The translations under genes were made by a program, and so were the position numbers. From positions 1-40,118 of IMG/VR virus record IMGVR_UViG_3300046779_000390: DNA of 40,118 bases, one strand, 5' to 3'. Of the stretch, positions 9,401 through 17,518 are shown piece after piece (within the stretch, counting starts at the first letter, position 1; the number at the start of each line of letters is the position of its first letter). The notes under the pieces were generated by a model that saw only the letters and a program-made list of their open reading frames with translations, made no database searches and was not told where the DNA came from. Origin of the DNA: a virus. Taxonomy: Duplodnaviria; Caudoviricetes.

Positions 9401-11740
9401 ATACTTCTTGATATCCTTGCGTGCAACACGCATCTTGCCCATTGTTCCGCCAAGAATCTTGAGCGAATTGTCAATGTCAGAAACAATGTCTTTGATTGCA
9501 CTTGCTTCTTCTGGAGAAACTGGAGTCTTAGCGATGAGTTCCTTCTTAAGAGCCTTAAGTTCGTTAACCTGCTGTGTGATTACAGCCATCTCTTGCCCGC
9601 TTGAAGCGAGTACTCGCATAGCCTTACCATCAGACTGAGCCTGGTCGGTTGCCTCTGCAACAATCTTGCGAACACCTTCTGGTGCTGGCAGTCTTCCGAC
9701 ATTAAGAGTTCCAAGAACTCGTGACCATTCACCAAGGTCAAGAACACTCTGGTTTACAGAGTAAAGTTCCTGTGCTGTCTCATCGATAGATGCGATGAAC
9801 TCACGACCTGCTACTGAGTGGTCAAGACCCATACCGTATGCAAGTGTCTTTGTAAGACCCTTGTACATAAGAAGACGTTGACCTTCGTTTGCTGCAATCC
9901 AGGCTGCACGGAAAGTCGATGCTGTGCCTTTATCAATAACTGTACGCATTAAGCGGTAAACCTGTGTTGCGCTGCTAGCATCGCTGATTGAGATGATGCG
10001 TTCCTGTGAAGGAGCAATAGATAACTGACGCATAACGCGGTCAATCTTTGCTGCAACAGAAGCATCCTTTGATACAAACTTACCCTCTGTCTTAACGCCT
10101 TTAACTGTCTTTCCAGTTCCAGCGAAGAGTGAGCGAATACCAGTAGGAGTTGTAATCTCCTTGTATCCGATTTTCTCTGACCAAGAGATAGGGTCTTCAT
10201 CTGCAAAACGAGCAATGTCATCTACGTTGCCTGGAAGTGCGATAGCCTCATACTTACCAGCGACTTTTTCAAGACCCTTAAGTGCTCCATCACGGAGCCA
10301 ATCTTTTGCATAGCGAGCCTGTGTGTATCGTGGGACCAGTGGGTCACGACGAAGACCAGCATTGCCTCGGCTAATATCATCAATGATATCTCCACCGCGG
10401 AAGAATTCAAGAGCAGTGTCAGCATCCTTAATGTTAGGAGCCATATACTGCGCTACATCAAGATTGATTTCAGGGAAACGTTCTTGGATGCGTGTAAGTG
10501 CAGCACCCTTTTGAACTGTATCGCCCTTATTGTAGGCAACAAATACTTTACCTAGTTCATCCCAGTAGCGACGTACTGAAGCATTCTTGAATGCCTTCTC
10601 AAGATTACGTGGGTCTTCGCCCATCTTAATAAGACCGAAGCGAGCAATATCTGCAGTGCGCTTTGCCTTACCAATTAGGATAAGTGGGTCAAGACCAAAT
10701 GTTACTGCGAAGTCAATTCCACCAGAAACTGTATTAAAGAATGCCTTTTCTGCAAGGCTGCCATTGCGAGCAGCATCAGCCTCGAATGGGAATGCAGATA
10801 CAAGTGCACGAGCAACATCTCGTCCAGGGCTTATCTTAGCCCGCTCATACATAGATACTGCTTCGCCAACAATTCTGGCTGCTTCTTTATCTCCAGATGT
10901 GTAGCGCTGAATTAGGTCAAGTGCCTGTGGATTCTTAAGAATCTCTTCGTAGTTATCGATAAAGTTTTTCTTACCAGCAAGCATCTTACCAACATATGCT
11001 GCATCAGGTGTGATTGAACTTTCAATCTTTGCTACTTCGCTTTTATCAAAGACGTTCTCTTTATCAGAAGCCTGTTCCCAGTACTTCTTCCAAGTAGTTG
11101 AGTTGTCCTGTGCTGTGGCATCTTCTCCACCAGGAGCAAGTTCCTTAAGTCCCTGACCAAGAAACTTTGCATAACTAAGAAGACCGCCTTCGCCTTCTTC
11201 TTCAGCAAGACGCTCTGCAGCGTAAGGCTGCTTAATAATTTTTTCCTGTGAGCGCACTAGCGCTTCTAGAACTTTTCCAGTTCCCTTCTTAACAGGTTCT
11301 GGTGTTGCCTCGGCAACTGTTGCAGTAACAGGTGCAGTACCCAAGCCAAGCAGTGCCTGCGCTGGGTTAACTGATGTCTCTGGCTTAATTGGAAGCCCAG
11401 CAATTTGCATACCAAGTTCTTTGAATGTCTGAACTGCGTAGTGTGCAGAAGACTGGACACTTCTAGCAATATTGCCAAGAAAGCCTTTATCCTGAATTGA
11501 ATACTTAGGGCTGAAGTAAGTCCTCAAAGCATCCTGATACTCAGGTGTTAGGTTCTTGTAATTCTTGTAAGCATCGTTCTGTGGAAGAGATGCAAGGAAC
11601 TGGTGAGTCTTTTTGAGTTCACCAAATGCAGCGAGTTGAGCCTGCTCTGCAGGAGTCAGTTTCGCCTGGGCTGCTGCAGTAGCAACGCCAGGTGATAAGT
11701 TTTCAGCAATCTTAGATAATGGTTTATTCTTTTCAGCCAT
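6395..11740 (-). CDS. Large (1781 aa) probable internal virion / DNA ejection protein
   Basis: Largest gene, mostly helical, no tape-measure-like repeats; podovirus-like context. Confidence 0.65.
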   Translation of the reverse strand: MAEKNKPLSKIAENLSPGVATAAAQAKLTPAEQAQLAAFGELKKTHQFLASLPQNDAYKNYKNLTPEYQDALRTYFSPKYSIQDKGFLGNIARSVQSSAHYAVQTFKELGMQIAGLPIKPETSVNPAQALLGLGTAPVTATVAEATPEPVKKGTGKVLEALVRSQEKIIKQPYAAERLAEEEGEGGLLSYAKFLGQGLKELAPGGEDATAQDNSTTWKKYWEQASDKENVFDKSEVAKIESSITPDAAYVGKMLAGKKNFIDNYEEILKNPQALDLIQRYTSGDKEAARIVGEAVSMYERAKISPGRDVARALVSAFPFEADAARNGSLAEKAFFNTVSGGIDFAVTFGLDPLILIGKAKRTADIARFGLIKMGEDPRNLEKAFKNASVRRYWDELGKVFVAYNKGDTVQKGAALTRIQERFPEINLDVAQYMAPNIKDADTALEFFRGGDIIDDISRGNAGLRRDPLVPRYTQARYAKDWLRDGALKGLEKVAGKYEAIALPGNVDDIARFADEDPISWSEKIGYKEITTPTGIRSLFAGTGKTVKGVKTEGKFVSKDASVAAKIDRVMRQLSIAPSQERIISISDASSATQVYRLMRTVIDKGTASTFRAAWIAANEGQRLLMYKGLTKTLAYGMGLDHSVAGREFIASIDETAQELYSVNQSVLDLGEWSRVLGTLNVGRLPAPEGVRKIVAEATDQAQSDGKAMRVLASSGQEMAVITQQVNELKALKKELIAKTPVSPEEASAIKDIVSDIDNSLKILGGTMGKMRVARKDIKKYIDDLDPADVDSFNAAELNGAQRGVRAYQTSQSRYMPNLVDLRKFELRGNVFSAITGKVGESVVNQKVTDIWSYLNLYPRLGIRTSVEEVGTAALIGGAEGIANYFKGFAMSQEIRKASAPTLKISAGRKIEKEVSPLGIISRTLYNITRKNYSKQEILAMADNPEELAQAIGKSLLKDRFKPEFLQTAKGKRAAGYAEDWVTNGGNTVMQEINGAVRQAEFKEDIAESTANYLRQYGPSVALNPDITKALKEVKFSTVYGEIAYNRTDFLLNWYLDLHNTIGKRNIFGQIVFSNIYRKEEDAIEAVAQYLDGKGNELAKKFAIYNSEGSYEFARRIYADATNALRDYSGRLNKNLIEEIKASGGIDNFDFKQLHKYNENFQMPKTVLGRELVPLVDGDSIGFFDRVMKNGYAWVGKQISILDREPITYGNYIMYRDDLIKYESNFKKGLLDAGIDDAVADKLARSQSHEVAINLARQRTLGYVDNSDIRTNLAFNLRNFGRYYRATEDFYRRVARLSKYEKRALVRLAITNQTFEHSGFIHKDNNGEMYFTYPGDDVLNYVLGNTAFKLLGIPGAQPMSSNFGGKVKMLTPSLDPESAALRLSGPFIGLSTTVLENIPGIGAWVRSAGPVLTGASPDQEWWRKTTPINIQRLIDLGIKNDKTMMTEQKYSAAVQAMRLLISTGNGPTTGADINPFTTNAIIQATNIMALRFVTGLGAPASVQMFATKDVPKEMIDAGYFTWDSEFAKILSRYADDDHAFEKAFVQFATLYPSKTVYAVAKTTAGTEASFAKTYEAAQFVKNNSELIKNNKQAAAFFIPINGTSDIEAYTYLKSQGLVKNKDLEDFLREASTADARQQYNTRKDLYDQTILETADSGKRRYLREQWKLESDFFKKSYPLLAKQISPDGAYLALKKEALDDLRNVVYSGKSPDKKLADVFAAMIVQYDQGTAQINGVTGRTDYDSGYKKAIREDLKDVLRQIAGDNPNAKSLYWNLFEPLIGE

Positions 11741-12150
11741 TAAAGACCTCTGGATGCTACATAGTTATAAAGGTCTTGTACGTCTCCAGTAGGGTCAATG
11801 TCAATCATAGATGAAAGAATCTCAGAAAGTGAACGCTCACGAGGAAGGTTAAGTGCTTCACTTCCTGGACCTGCGCCGAAATCCATACCTGCTGTAAGTG
11901 GTTCGTCAGGACGCTCAGTAGGTGCTGTAAGAGGTGTTACTGCAGGGAGCATAGGTGCTTCTGATGGACCAGCCATTGGTGCACTCTGTTGCTGTTGCAT
12001 TGTTGCTTGCCCTTCACCATATGGAAGACCAGCGATGTACTTTGCTGGTTGAGTTCCTGATTGTCCCGCTCCGCCTGTGCCTGAAACATTTGCAGGGTTA
12101 TTCTGTGGAGCAGTTGGACGGAAGCCTCCGCTGTTCTGATTGCCTGCCAT
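11740..12150 (-). CDS. Hypothetical protein, Gly/Pro/Gln-rich
   Basis: 136 aa, AGGAG ribosome-binding site, TAATG coupling to the large gene. Confidence 0.75.
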   Translation of the reverse strand: MAGNQNSGGFRPTAPQNNPANVSGTGGAGQSGTQPAKYIAGLPYGEGQATMQQQQSAPMAGPSEAPMLPAVTPLTAPTERPDEPLTAGMDFGAGPGSEALNLPRERSLSEILSSMIDIDPTGDVQDLYNYVASRGL

Positions 12151-12158
12151 AGTAACTC

Positions 12159-12701
12159 CTACTTAGAATGTTTGAATTGTGATTTAGATATGTAAGGACC
12201 TGCTGTGAATGCTGTAAGTTTTGCTGCAATCTCCATTGCTTCGTAAGCATCTGCACCTGCGTGCATCGCTCCGATAGCAAAAGGTGCTCCTGAACCAGCA
12301 GCATAAACGCCGCTAGTATTTTTACTTACTGCTAACTCATCATCAATGTCGAATATCTCACCACAAACTGCTATGAGAAATTGAAATCTTTGTTCTGTCT
12401 TTGGTTCATCAAAGTTAAAACCATTTGATGATAGACACCTACGGAGTGAAGGCATAGCCTTCGATACCATAAAGTGAAATAAATCTTTTTTATCAGCCTT
12501 GCTAGGAACTGGTGGTTCCCAGATGTGCTGTGCCACATCGCAAGGTAGAACCTCGCCTGAGCCTGCAATCAGATAACCATTGCGTTCTGAAATCTTCTTG
12601 ACGTTAGCGTGAGAATAGATATAACCCACTGAATCAGTGGTGCGGCTGTCAGCCACAAGAACACAACTATCGTCGTATTCGATACCAATCAGTGTTGTCA
12701 T
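12159..12701 (-). CDS. Ntn-hydrolase, proteasome beta-subunit/HslV-like peptidase
   Basis: M-T-T start (Thr1 nucleophile after Met removal), VADSR, KKI, IAGSG and AAGSGA motifs. Confidence 0.85.
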   Translation of the reverse strand: MTTLIGIEYDDSCVLVADSRTTDSVGYIYSHANVKKISERNGYLIAGSGEVLPCDVAQHIWEPPVPSKADKKDLFHFMVSKAMPSLRRCLSSNGFNFDEPKTEQRFQFLIAVCGEIFDIDDELAVSKNTSGVYAAGSGAPFAIGAMHAGADAYEAMEIAAKLTAFTAGPYISKSQFKHSK

Positions 12702-12715
12702 TGTCCCCTACTTTG

Positions 12716-14476
12716 TTATCCTCTAGTTACTACGCGTCCACCAGCCTTACCAGATGCGGTAAGACTTGAAAGAATTGTTTGAATGTCTGGTGCTGGTTGC
12801 ATTGCTTCGACTGGAAGAGCGCCTCCTGCTGGAGCAGCGGCGGGAGCAGGGGACGGTTGCTCAACCATAGGTGCTTCCCCAGCAGGAGGAACTTGTTGCT
12901 GCGGAGCAAAGGTTGCTTCAATCGCATCCTCAAGCGCCTGTCCCTTTTGGCGTGCTTTGATAACCGCAGCAATTTTACGAACTACCTCTGAGGCATCTCC
13001 GCCAGATGCAGCCATTTGTGGGATGGCTTGTGTGTAGGCAGTAATGGAACCAAGAAGAGAATCTCTCATCTTCTCAATTTCAATCTTTTCTAATTCTTGT
13101 GTGACGTTAACTGTGAATGGAAGTTCACGCATAGCCATATCCTTAGAGATAAGACCGCCACCAAGTGCCTGTAGCATAAAGATAAGACCCTGTGCAGGGT
13201 TAAGACCAGCAAGCATTCCGTAACGAACATCGGCTGAGTAATCAGACTTGATGTCCTTAGAAGGCTTGTATGTGATTTCGTATGGGGAACCAGCGTCAAC
13301 ACCACGAATGGTCTTTTCGTCTGGGAAGATTTTCTCATCAACTTCAAAGCAGATGCTGATTACGTCACGAAGTGCCGCAGCAAAGATTGCTTGTGCTGAT
13401 TTAACCTGGGTGTCAAATGCACCCATAAGTGCCTGTACGCCTTGTCCAGTGACAATAGAGGCATCGATGTTTCCTGTACGTCCTTCAGGATAACGTGCAC
13501 CTACTCGTAGTTCTTGGTTGAGTAGTTGCTGCTCAGTAAATGCGCCCTGTGGAAGATTGAGGTCCACACGACGAACGCCTGCTGGGTTGGCTGTACGGAT
13601 AACCGCATCTCCACCCAACTGTAGTTCCTGTACATCCTGTGGAAGAACGATAGGAGCCTGAACGCTCTTCTCTGCTGCTTCCATTGCAAGCAACGCAAAG
13701 CGGTTGCGTAGCAACTGGATACCAAGAACATCATCAAATTGTCCACGTAGTTCACCATCAATAGATGGCTTACGTGCAATGACAACCATCATCTTACCGA
13801 TAGGGTTCATCGCACGAGAAAGAACTAGGTTGTCCTTTGATGGGATATAGATAACTGACTGGTCTTTGTCGTAGTAGCGAATTAACTCAACCTGAGCATT
13901 CAAGTCCTGCTTGTAACCCATAGGTCCGAGCAACATTGAATCGTATTCAGGGAACTGAGTAACGAGTTCGCCTAGTGTCATCATATATCGTTTTGCAAAT
14001 GCAACACAGCGTCCGTAGCGGTCAAACTCTGGGTAAGCCCCCACTGGGTTTTCTACGCGGATGCGAGGCAGTTTGCTTTCTTCGTCTAATTCAATAATGA
14101 AAGGGACGAAACCAAATGTGATGTACCAGTCGGCTCCTGAGTACATCTGTACAGCCAAATCAGAATGCTGGAAATAGTTAGCAGCAATACGTGTGCGCTT
14201 GTCAGCAAAGTTACGTGCACGGTCATTGACCGCATTGGCTGCAGAGCAGTTAACCGCTGGAAGCGGAGCCATTACTTCTGAAAGGTCACGAGCAACGATG
14301 TCGATAAAGTTTGCGACTACGTTTGCATCAACACCATCTGGGAAGAAGTCTGGATAAACTTCTGAAATCTTACCCTTACGGACAGCAAGTACGTCAAGGT
14401 TGCGAGCATCGCGCTCGTGGTTGCGGTAGCGCAGCGATTGAACGCGGGCTGCAACCTGCTCCATTGATAATGCCAT
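12716..14476 (-). CDS. Portal protein
   Basis: About 586 aa directly after terminase; ATG at 14476 preferred (AGGA site, no overlap with terminase); Pro/Ala-rich tail. Confidence 0.85.
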   Translation of the reverse strand: MALSMEQVAARVQSLRYRNHERDARNLDVLAVRKGKISEVYPDFFPDGVDANVVANFIDIVARDLSEVMAPLPAVNCSAANAVNDRARNFADKRTRIAANYFQHSDLAVQMYSGADWYITFGFVPFIIELDEESKLPRIRVENPVGAYPEFDRYGRCVAFAKRYMMTLGELVTQFPEYDSMLLGPMGYKQDLNAQVELIRYYDKDQSVIYIPSKDNLVLSRAMNPIGKMMVVIARKPSIDGELRGQFDDVLGIQLLRNRFALLAMEAAEKSVQAPIVLPQDVQELQLGGDAVIRTANPAGVRRVDLNLPQGAFTEQQLLNQELRVGARYPEGRTGNIDASIVTGQGVQALMGAFDTQVKSAQAIFAAALRDVISICFEVDEKIFPDEKTIRGVDAGSPYEITYKPSKDIKSDYSADVRYGMLAGLNPAQGLIFMLQALGGGLISKDMAMRELPFTVNVTQELEKIEIEKMRDSLLGSITAYTQAIPQMAASGGDASEVVRKIAAVIKARQKGQALEDAIEATFAPQQQVPPAGEAPMVEQPSPAPAAAPAGGALPVEAMQPAPDIQTILSSLTASGKAGGRVVTRG

Positions 14477-14483
14477 TGGTTTC

Positions 14484-16352
14484 CTATCCGTAAGTTTGTG
14501 CCCATTGCTCTGCAAAGGCTTCGTCTAAATTCAGTGAACCACGATTGGACATCTGTGCCCTCGTTGCCCATCGGTTGGTTTGGTACTGTCCCACTCTGGA
14601 TGACTGTTGCATCAACTCACGGATACGAATAATCGCAAACCATAGAGCCATAACGCAGTCGGTAGGGTTCTTGGTGTCAGGCTTCCAGGTAATCAACTCT
14701 TGAACCAAAGTCTTAAGACCTTCAGAGCCTTCGTTGGAAGGCAGTTCGATGATGTTGTTATCTTGGAATCGTCCATCACGTGCATTGCCAAAAAGCATTG
14801 CCATAGATGCCACACCAAAAGATGTGTCCCACTTGTTCTTACCAGTGAAGTGTGAGTTCAACTGGCACCCATACTGGGCTAGAAAGTTTCTTAGGTTCTC
14901 ATCCAGGGCGTAAGCCTTCTGGTGAGCGTTGATTTCAATTCTGACTTCTTGTGGTCGATACTTCTCGACCCAATCTTCAATCAGATTCTGAATCTTGGCT
15001 GGTGTTGGCTCAGTCATATTGACTGCATCAAGAACATAAATCTTGCCATCGGCTCGATTGTATGTACAGATGACAGCACCTGTAGCACCTGCCATAGCAG
15101 GGTCAAGACCCATAACTGTATAGGTTGACTCTAAATGCTTTGGATGTCCAGGCACTCCTGCCTTTAGCGGTCCACGCTTTCGCATTCCGTTGACGGAACC
15201 TTGCACACACAAAGGTGAGAAGATTGAATCTTCTTGGACGTCTTCTTGTTGGTAGACCATAGCCCAGACAGAGGGCGCGACTTCAGAGCGACGCGTAAAG
15301 AGAGAAGGTCCATCCCACTTGGGAAAAAGTCCGTTCTCATCAGGTTCGTCCAATTCGTTTTCTTGCTGGTCTGATTTAGCCCAGAGTGTTTTCCAGTTCT
15401 TGGGGTTCTCATCAAACTCAAGGACTGCAGGCATTGCCGCGTAGGTGAAGGGTGACTTGCCACCGCTCCACTGTCCTGGGTCACGTAGCATCTTGTAGAG
15501 GTCTACTGGTGCCACTCTGGTTCCGACGATAATTAACTTACCGTGTCGACCAAGACGGGTGATAACTTCTTTCTGAAGCCAGTCCATCTGTTTTTCCCAC
15601 TCGTGGGCATTGCTACCCATAACTGCGTCATCGACAATAATCAAGTCAGCACGAGCACCGTAAATCTGGGAACCAATACCGAGGGCTTGGACCGTTGGGT
15701 CCTTCTCGCCTGAATCTCGACCAGTACCTAGGTAAATCATATCTGCTTGCCACTGGGTGGCATCTGCCTTGTATCCACCATTAGGTCCAAAGGCAACCTG
15801 TAATTTGGTGTAGGCAGGGTGTGAAAGTCTTGTCTTAATCGCACCAAGGAACTTACGAGCCATACCCTGAGTCTTAGAGACGATAATGACTCTAGTGTTC
15901 GGGTTGGTCACAATTCGGTAGACCACGTAGTTGGTCGTGATGACCGTAGACTTGGCGTGCTCAGGTGGGACGTTAATCAGAATTCTGTTAAGGGCTGCCT
16001 GCTCGTAGGTCATAGCAGGATGTAGCCACCTAGGTTCCCTACCCTCAATCATATCGAACCAGTTGAGGTGGTGTGGGAAAAGTTTGGTATCTAGGAACTG
16101 CTCACAGAAGTCAGGGAACTCGATGTCCTTAAGTTCCTTGAGGTCAGCCTTGATGCCCTTACCTTCCAGGCGGGCTTTCTCAGAGCGTTCCTTAAAGTCA
16201 GGGTCCTGCATCACCCACTGGCGGAAGGTTGTATCGTTACGGTTGACCGTAGCCATAGCCCCAGTAATGGTGTTACCCTGGGCTAGTTGGATGAGTACCC
16301 GCTCCTGGGCTTCCTTTTTGGAGATGTCCTGCTTTCCAGCCTTACGTCCCAT
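14484..16352 (-). CDS. terL: Terminase large subunit with N-terminal HTH-like extension
   Basis: Walker A-like PPEHAKST, Walker B LIIVDD, coupling motif VGT, nuclease GLDPA and DCVMA. Confidence 0.92.
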   Translation of the reverse strand: MGRKAGKQDISKKEAQERVLIQLAQGNTITGAMATVNRNDTTFRQWVMQDPDFKERSEKARLEGKGIKADLKELKDIEFPDFCEQFLDTKLFPHHLNWFDMIEGREPRWLHPAMTYEQAALNRILINVPPEHAKSTVITTNYVVYRIVTNPNTRVIIVSKTQGMARKFLGAIKTRLSHPAYTKLQVAFGPNGGYKADATQWQADMIYLGTGRDSGEKDPTVQALGIGSQIYGARADLIIVDDAVMGSNAHEWEKQMDWLQKEVITRLGRHGKLIIVGTRVAPVDLYKMLRDPGQWSGGKSPFTYAAMPAVLEFDENPKNWKTLWAKSDQQENELDEPDENGLFPKWDGPSLFTRRSEVAPSVWAMVYQQEDVQEDSIFSPLCVQGSVNGMRKRGPLKAGVPGHPKHLESTYTVMGLDPAMAGATGAVICTYNRADGKIYVLDAVNMTEPTPAKIQNLIEDWVEKYRPQEVRIEINAHQKAYALDENLRNFLAQYGCQLNSHFTGKNKWDTSFGVASMAMLFGNARDGRFQDNNIIELPSNEGSEGLKTLVQELITWKPDTKNPTDCVMALWFAIIRIRELMQQSSRVGQYQTNRWATRAQMSNRGSLNLDEAFAEQWAQTYG

Positions 16353-16510
16353 TTAGTTGTCCCAATCAATAGAATCCCCAACTTGCGTTAGCAGAGGTTG
16401 GGGTACCTAGGAGTATTCTGCAGTCTTCTCTAGGTCTGTACCTGTGCCCCTCTGGGGCATAATATAACACCAATCACGCCTATAAAATAACGGCATAACT
16501 CTGGCGCATT

Positions 16511-16702
16511 CCTACGAAGTAGGTTCGATATTTATATATTATATCGAACGAAGCGTAGCCCTAGCGAAGCGAGTTCGCTAGAACTTTATAAGTTCTTGCT
16601 ATATAAGATAACCCGTTGGAAACGGGTAAACCGAACACTGTATATTAAAATATTTTATAAATAGGGGGCTACCTATATATAAGCCCTGGTCAGAGCCAGG
16701 GC
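16511..16702. repeat. Cluster of six short inverted repeats in AT-rich DNA
   Basis: CCTAC-GAA-GTAGG, GTTCGATAT-N9-ATATCGAAC, CTAGCGAA-N5-TTCGCTAG, AGAACTT-TAT-AAGTTCT, ACCCGTT-GGA-AACGGGT, GCCCTGG-N6-CCAGGGC. Confidence 0.85.
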
Positions 16703-16858
16703 GATATAACAGAAAAATTTAGATTGATAGTACAGTATTGGTATGCACCTGATTAAACAAACCCTGGGTCAAATGTCTAACCTTAAGGTAGACCTATAGA
16801 CTTAGACACTTACCTATATATATGTCTAACTCTTAACCTTACCGTTAGACTAAGGAAG

Positions 16859-16890
16859 TTATCCACAGGATAAGTAATAGTTGTGGATAA
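16859..16890. promoter_or_regulatory. Pair of perfect inverted DnaA boxes
   Basis: TTATCCACA at 16859-16867 and TGTGGATAA at 16882-16890, 14 bp apart. Confidence 0.7.
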
Positions 16891-17023
16891 ACTTATGTTG
16901 TGCGACTATCTCCCCTCCCAAATCACGGGGGCAATATAAGTTACTTAAATCTAAATCGGGTAACTTATCGGGGAAGTTGGCAGACTATATAAATATATAT
17001 GGCATCAACCCGATAACCGATAA

Positions 17024-17056
17024 TGTGATGCATCTCACACGGCTAACCCCTTGACA
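17024..17056 (+). promoter_or_regulatory. CRP/GlxR-type site 1 plus TTGACA
   Basis: TGTGA-tgcatc-TCACA at 17024-17039, TTGACA at 17051-17056; no well-spaced -10 found. Confidence 0.65.
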
Positions 17057-17123
17057 TTCGCCTAATGTTATGGTTGCCCCGATATGTCCGAATTGTATGT
17101 ATCCTTACGCCTAAGGGCTATAA

Positions 17124-17179
17124 TGTGATGTAACTCACACGATTTGCTATTGACAAGCGTGTGATGTATCCCCTAATGT
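17124..17179 (+). promoter_or_regulatory. CRP/GlxR-type site 2 plus SigA-type early promoter
   Basis: TGTGA-tgtaac-TCACA at 17124-17139, TTGACA at 17150-17155, 18-bp spacer, TAATGT at 17174-17179. Confidence 0.75.
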
Positions 17180-17219
17180 TCATCTTGTAAGTACAACTCA
17201 ACAGCGAACAGGAGAAAAA

Positions 17220-17417
17220 ATGTCACAAGACATCCACGCAGAATCTAACCGCCTTATCTCTCGCTATGTAGCGAAGAAAAATGAGTTCACTCTTGAAGTC
17301 ATCGCAGATGCGTTAGAATTCTACTTTCACAGCGAGCAACACCTATACCCCGCTAATGTAATTTGGGAAGTACGCAACAAGGTTATTGATTCGCTCAACA
17401 ATAGTAAAGTGAGTTAA
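17220..17417 (+). CDS. First early gene, hypothetical
   Basis: 65 aa, ACAGGAG ribosome-binding site, follows promoter. Confidence 0.75.
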   Translation: MSQDIHAESNRLISRYVAKKNEFTLEVIADALEFYFHSEQHLYPANVIWEVRNKVIDSLNNSKVS

Positions 17418-17440
17418 ATCACAGCCCCGCATCCTTGACA
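17408..17440 (+). promoter_or_regulatory. CRP/GlxR-type site 3 plus TTGACA
   Basis: AGTGA-gttaaa-TCACA at 17408-17423, TTGACA at 17435-17440; -10 unclear. Confidence 0.55.
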
Positions 17441-17473
17441 GGAGGGCACAGCGAGCGAGACGCTAGTGGGGCA
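17424..17473 (+). ncRNA. 50-nt tRNA-like element (acceptor stem plus T-arm)
   Basis: GCCCCGC/GUGGGGC 7-bp stem, discriminator A, T-arm CAGCG-AGCGAGA-CGCUA, one small internal hairpin; no anticodon arm. Confidence 0.45.
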
Positions 17474-17518
17474 CGGGTGGCAGATAGCCACCGCAAGGCT
17501 AGGCAGGAGGGCTTAGAT

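Noticed and set aside
9360-9990. Virion RNA polymerase in the 1781-aa protein (KGLTKTLAYG resembles T7 motif B; DASSATQ and VDSF loosely resemble A and C)
   Set aside because: Arg is one residue off, motif A is too close and one residue short, and DxxGR is on the wrong side; probably chance. A structure prediction would settle it.
16407-16460. Short ORF upstream of terL as a small terminase
   Set aside because: Only 17 codons and no ribosome-binding site.
17424-17473. Canonical tRNA gene
   Set aside because: Only 50 nt, with no anticodon arm and no CCA.
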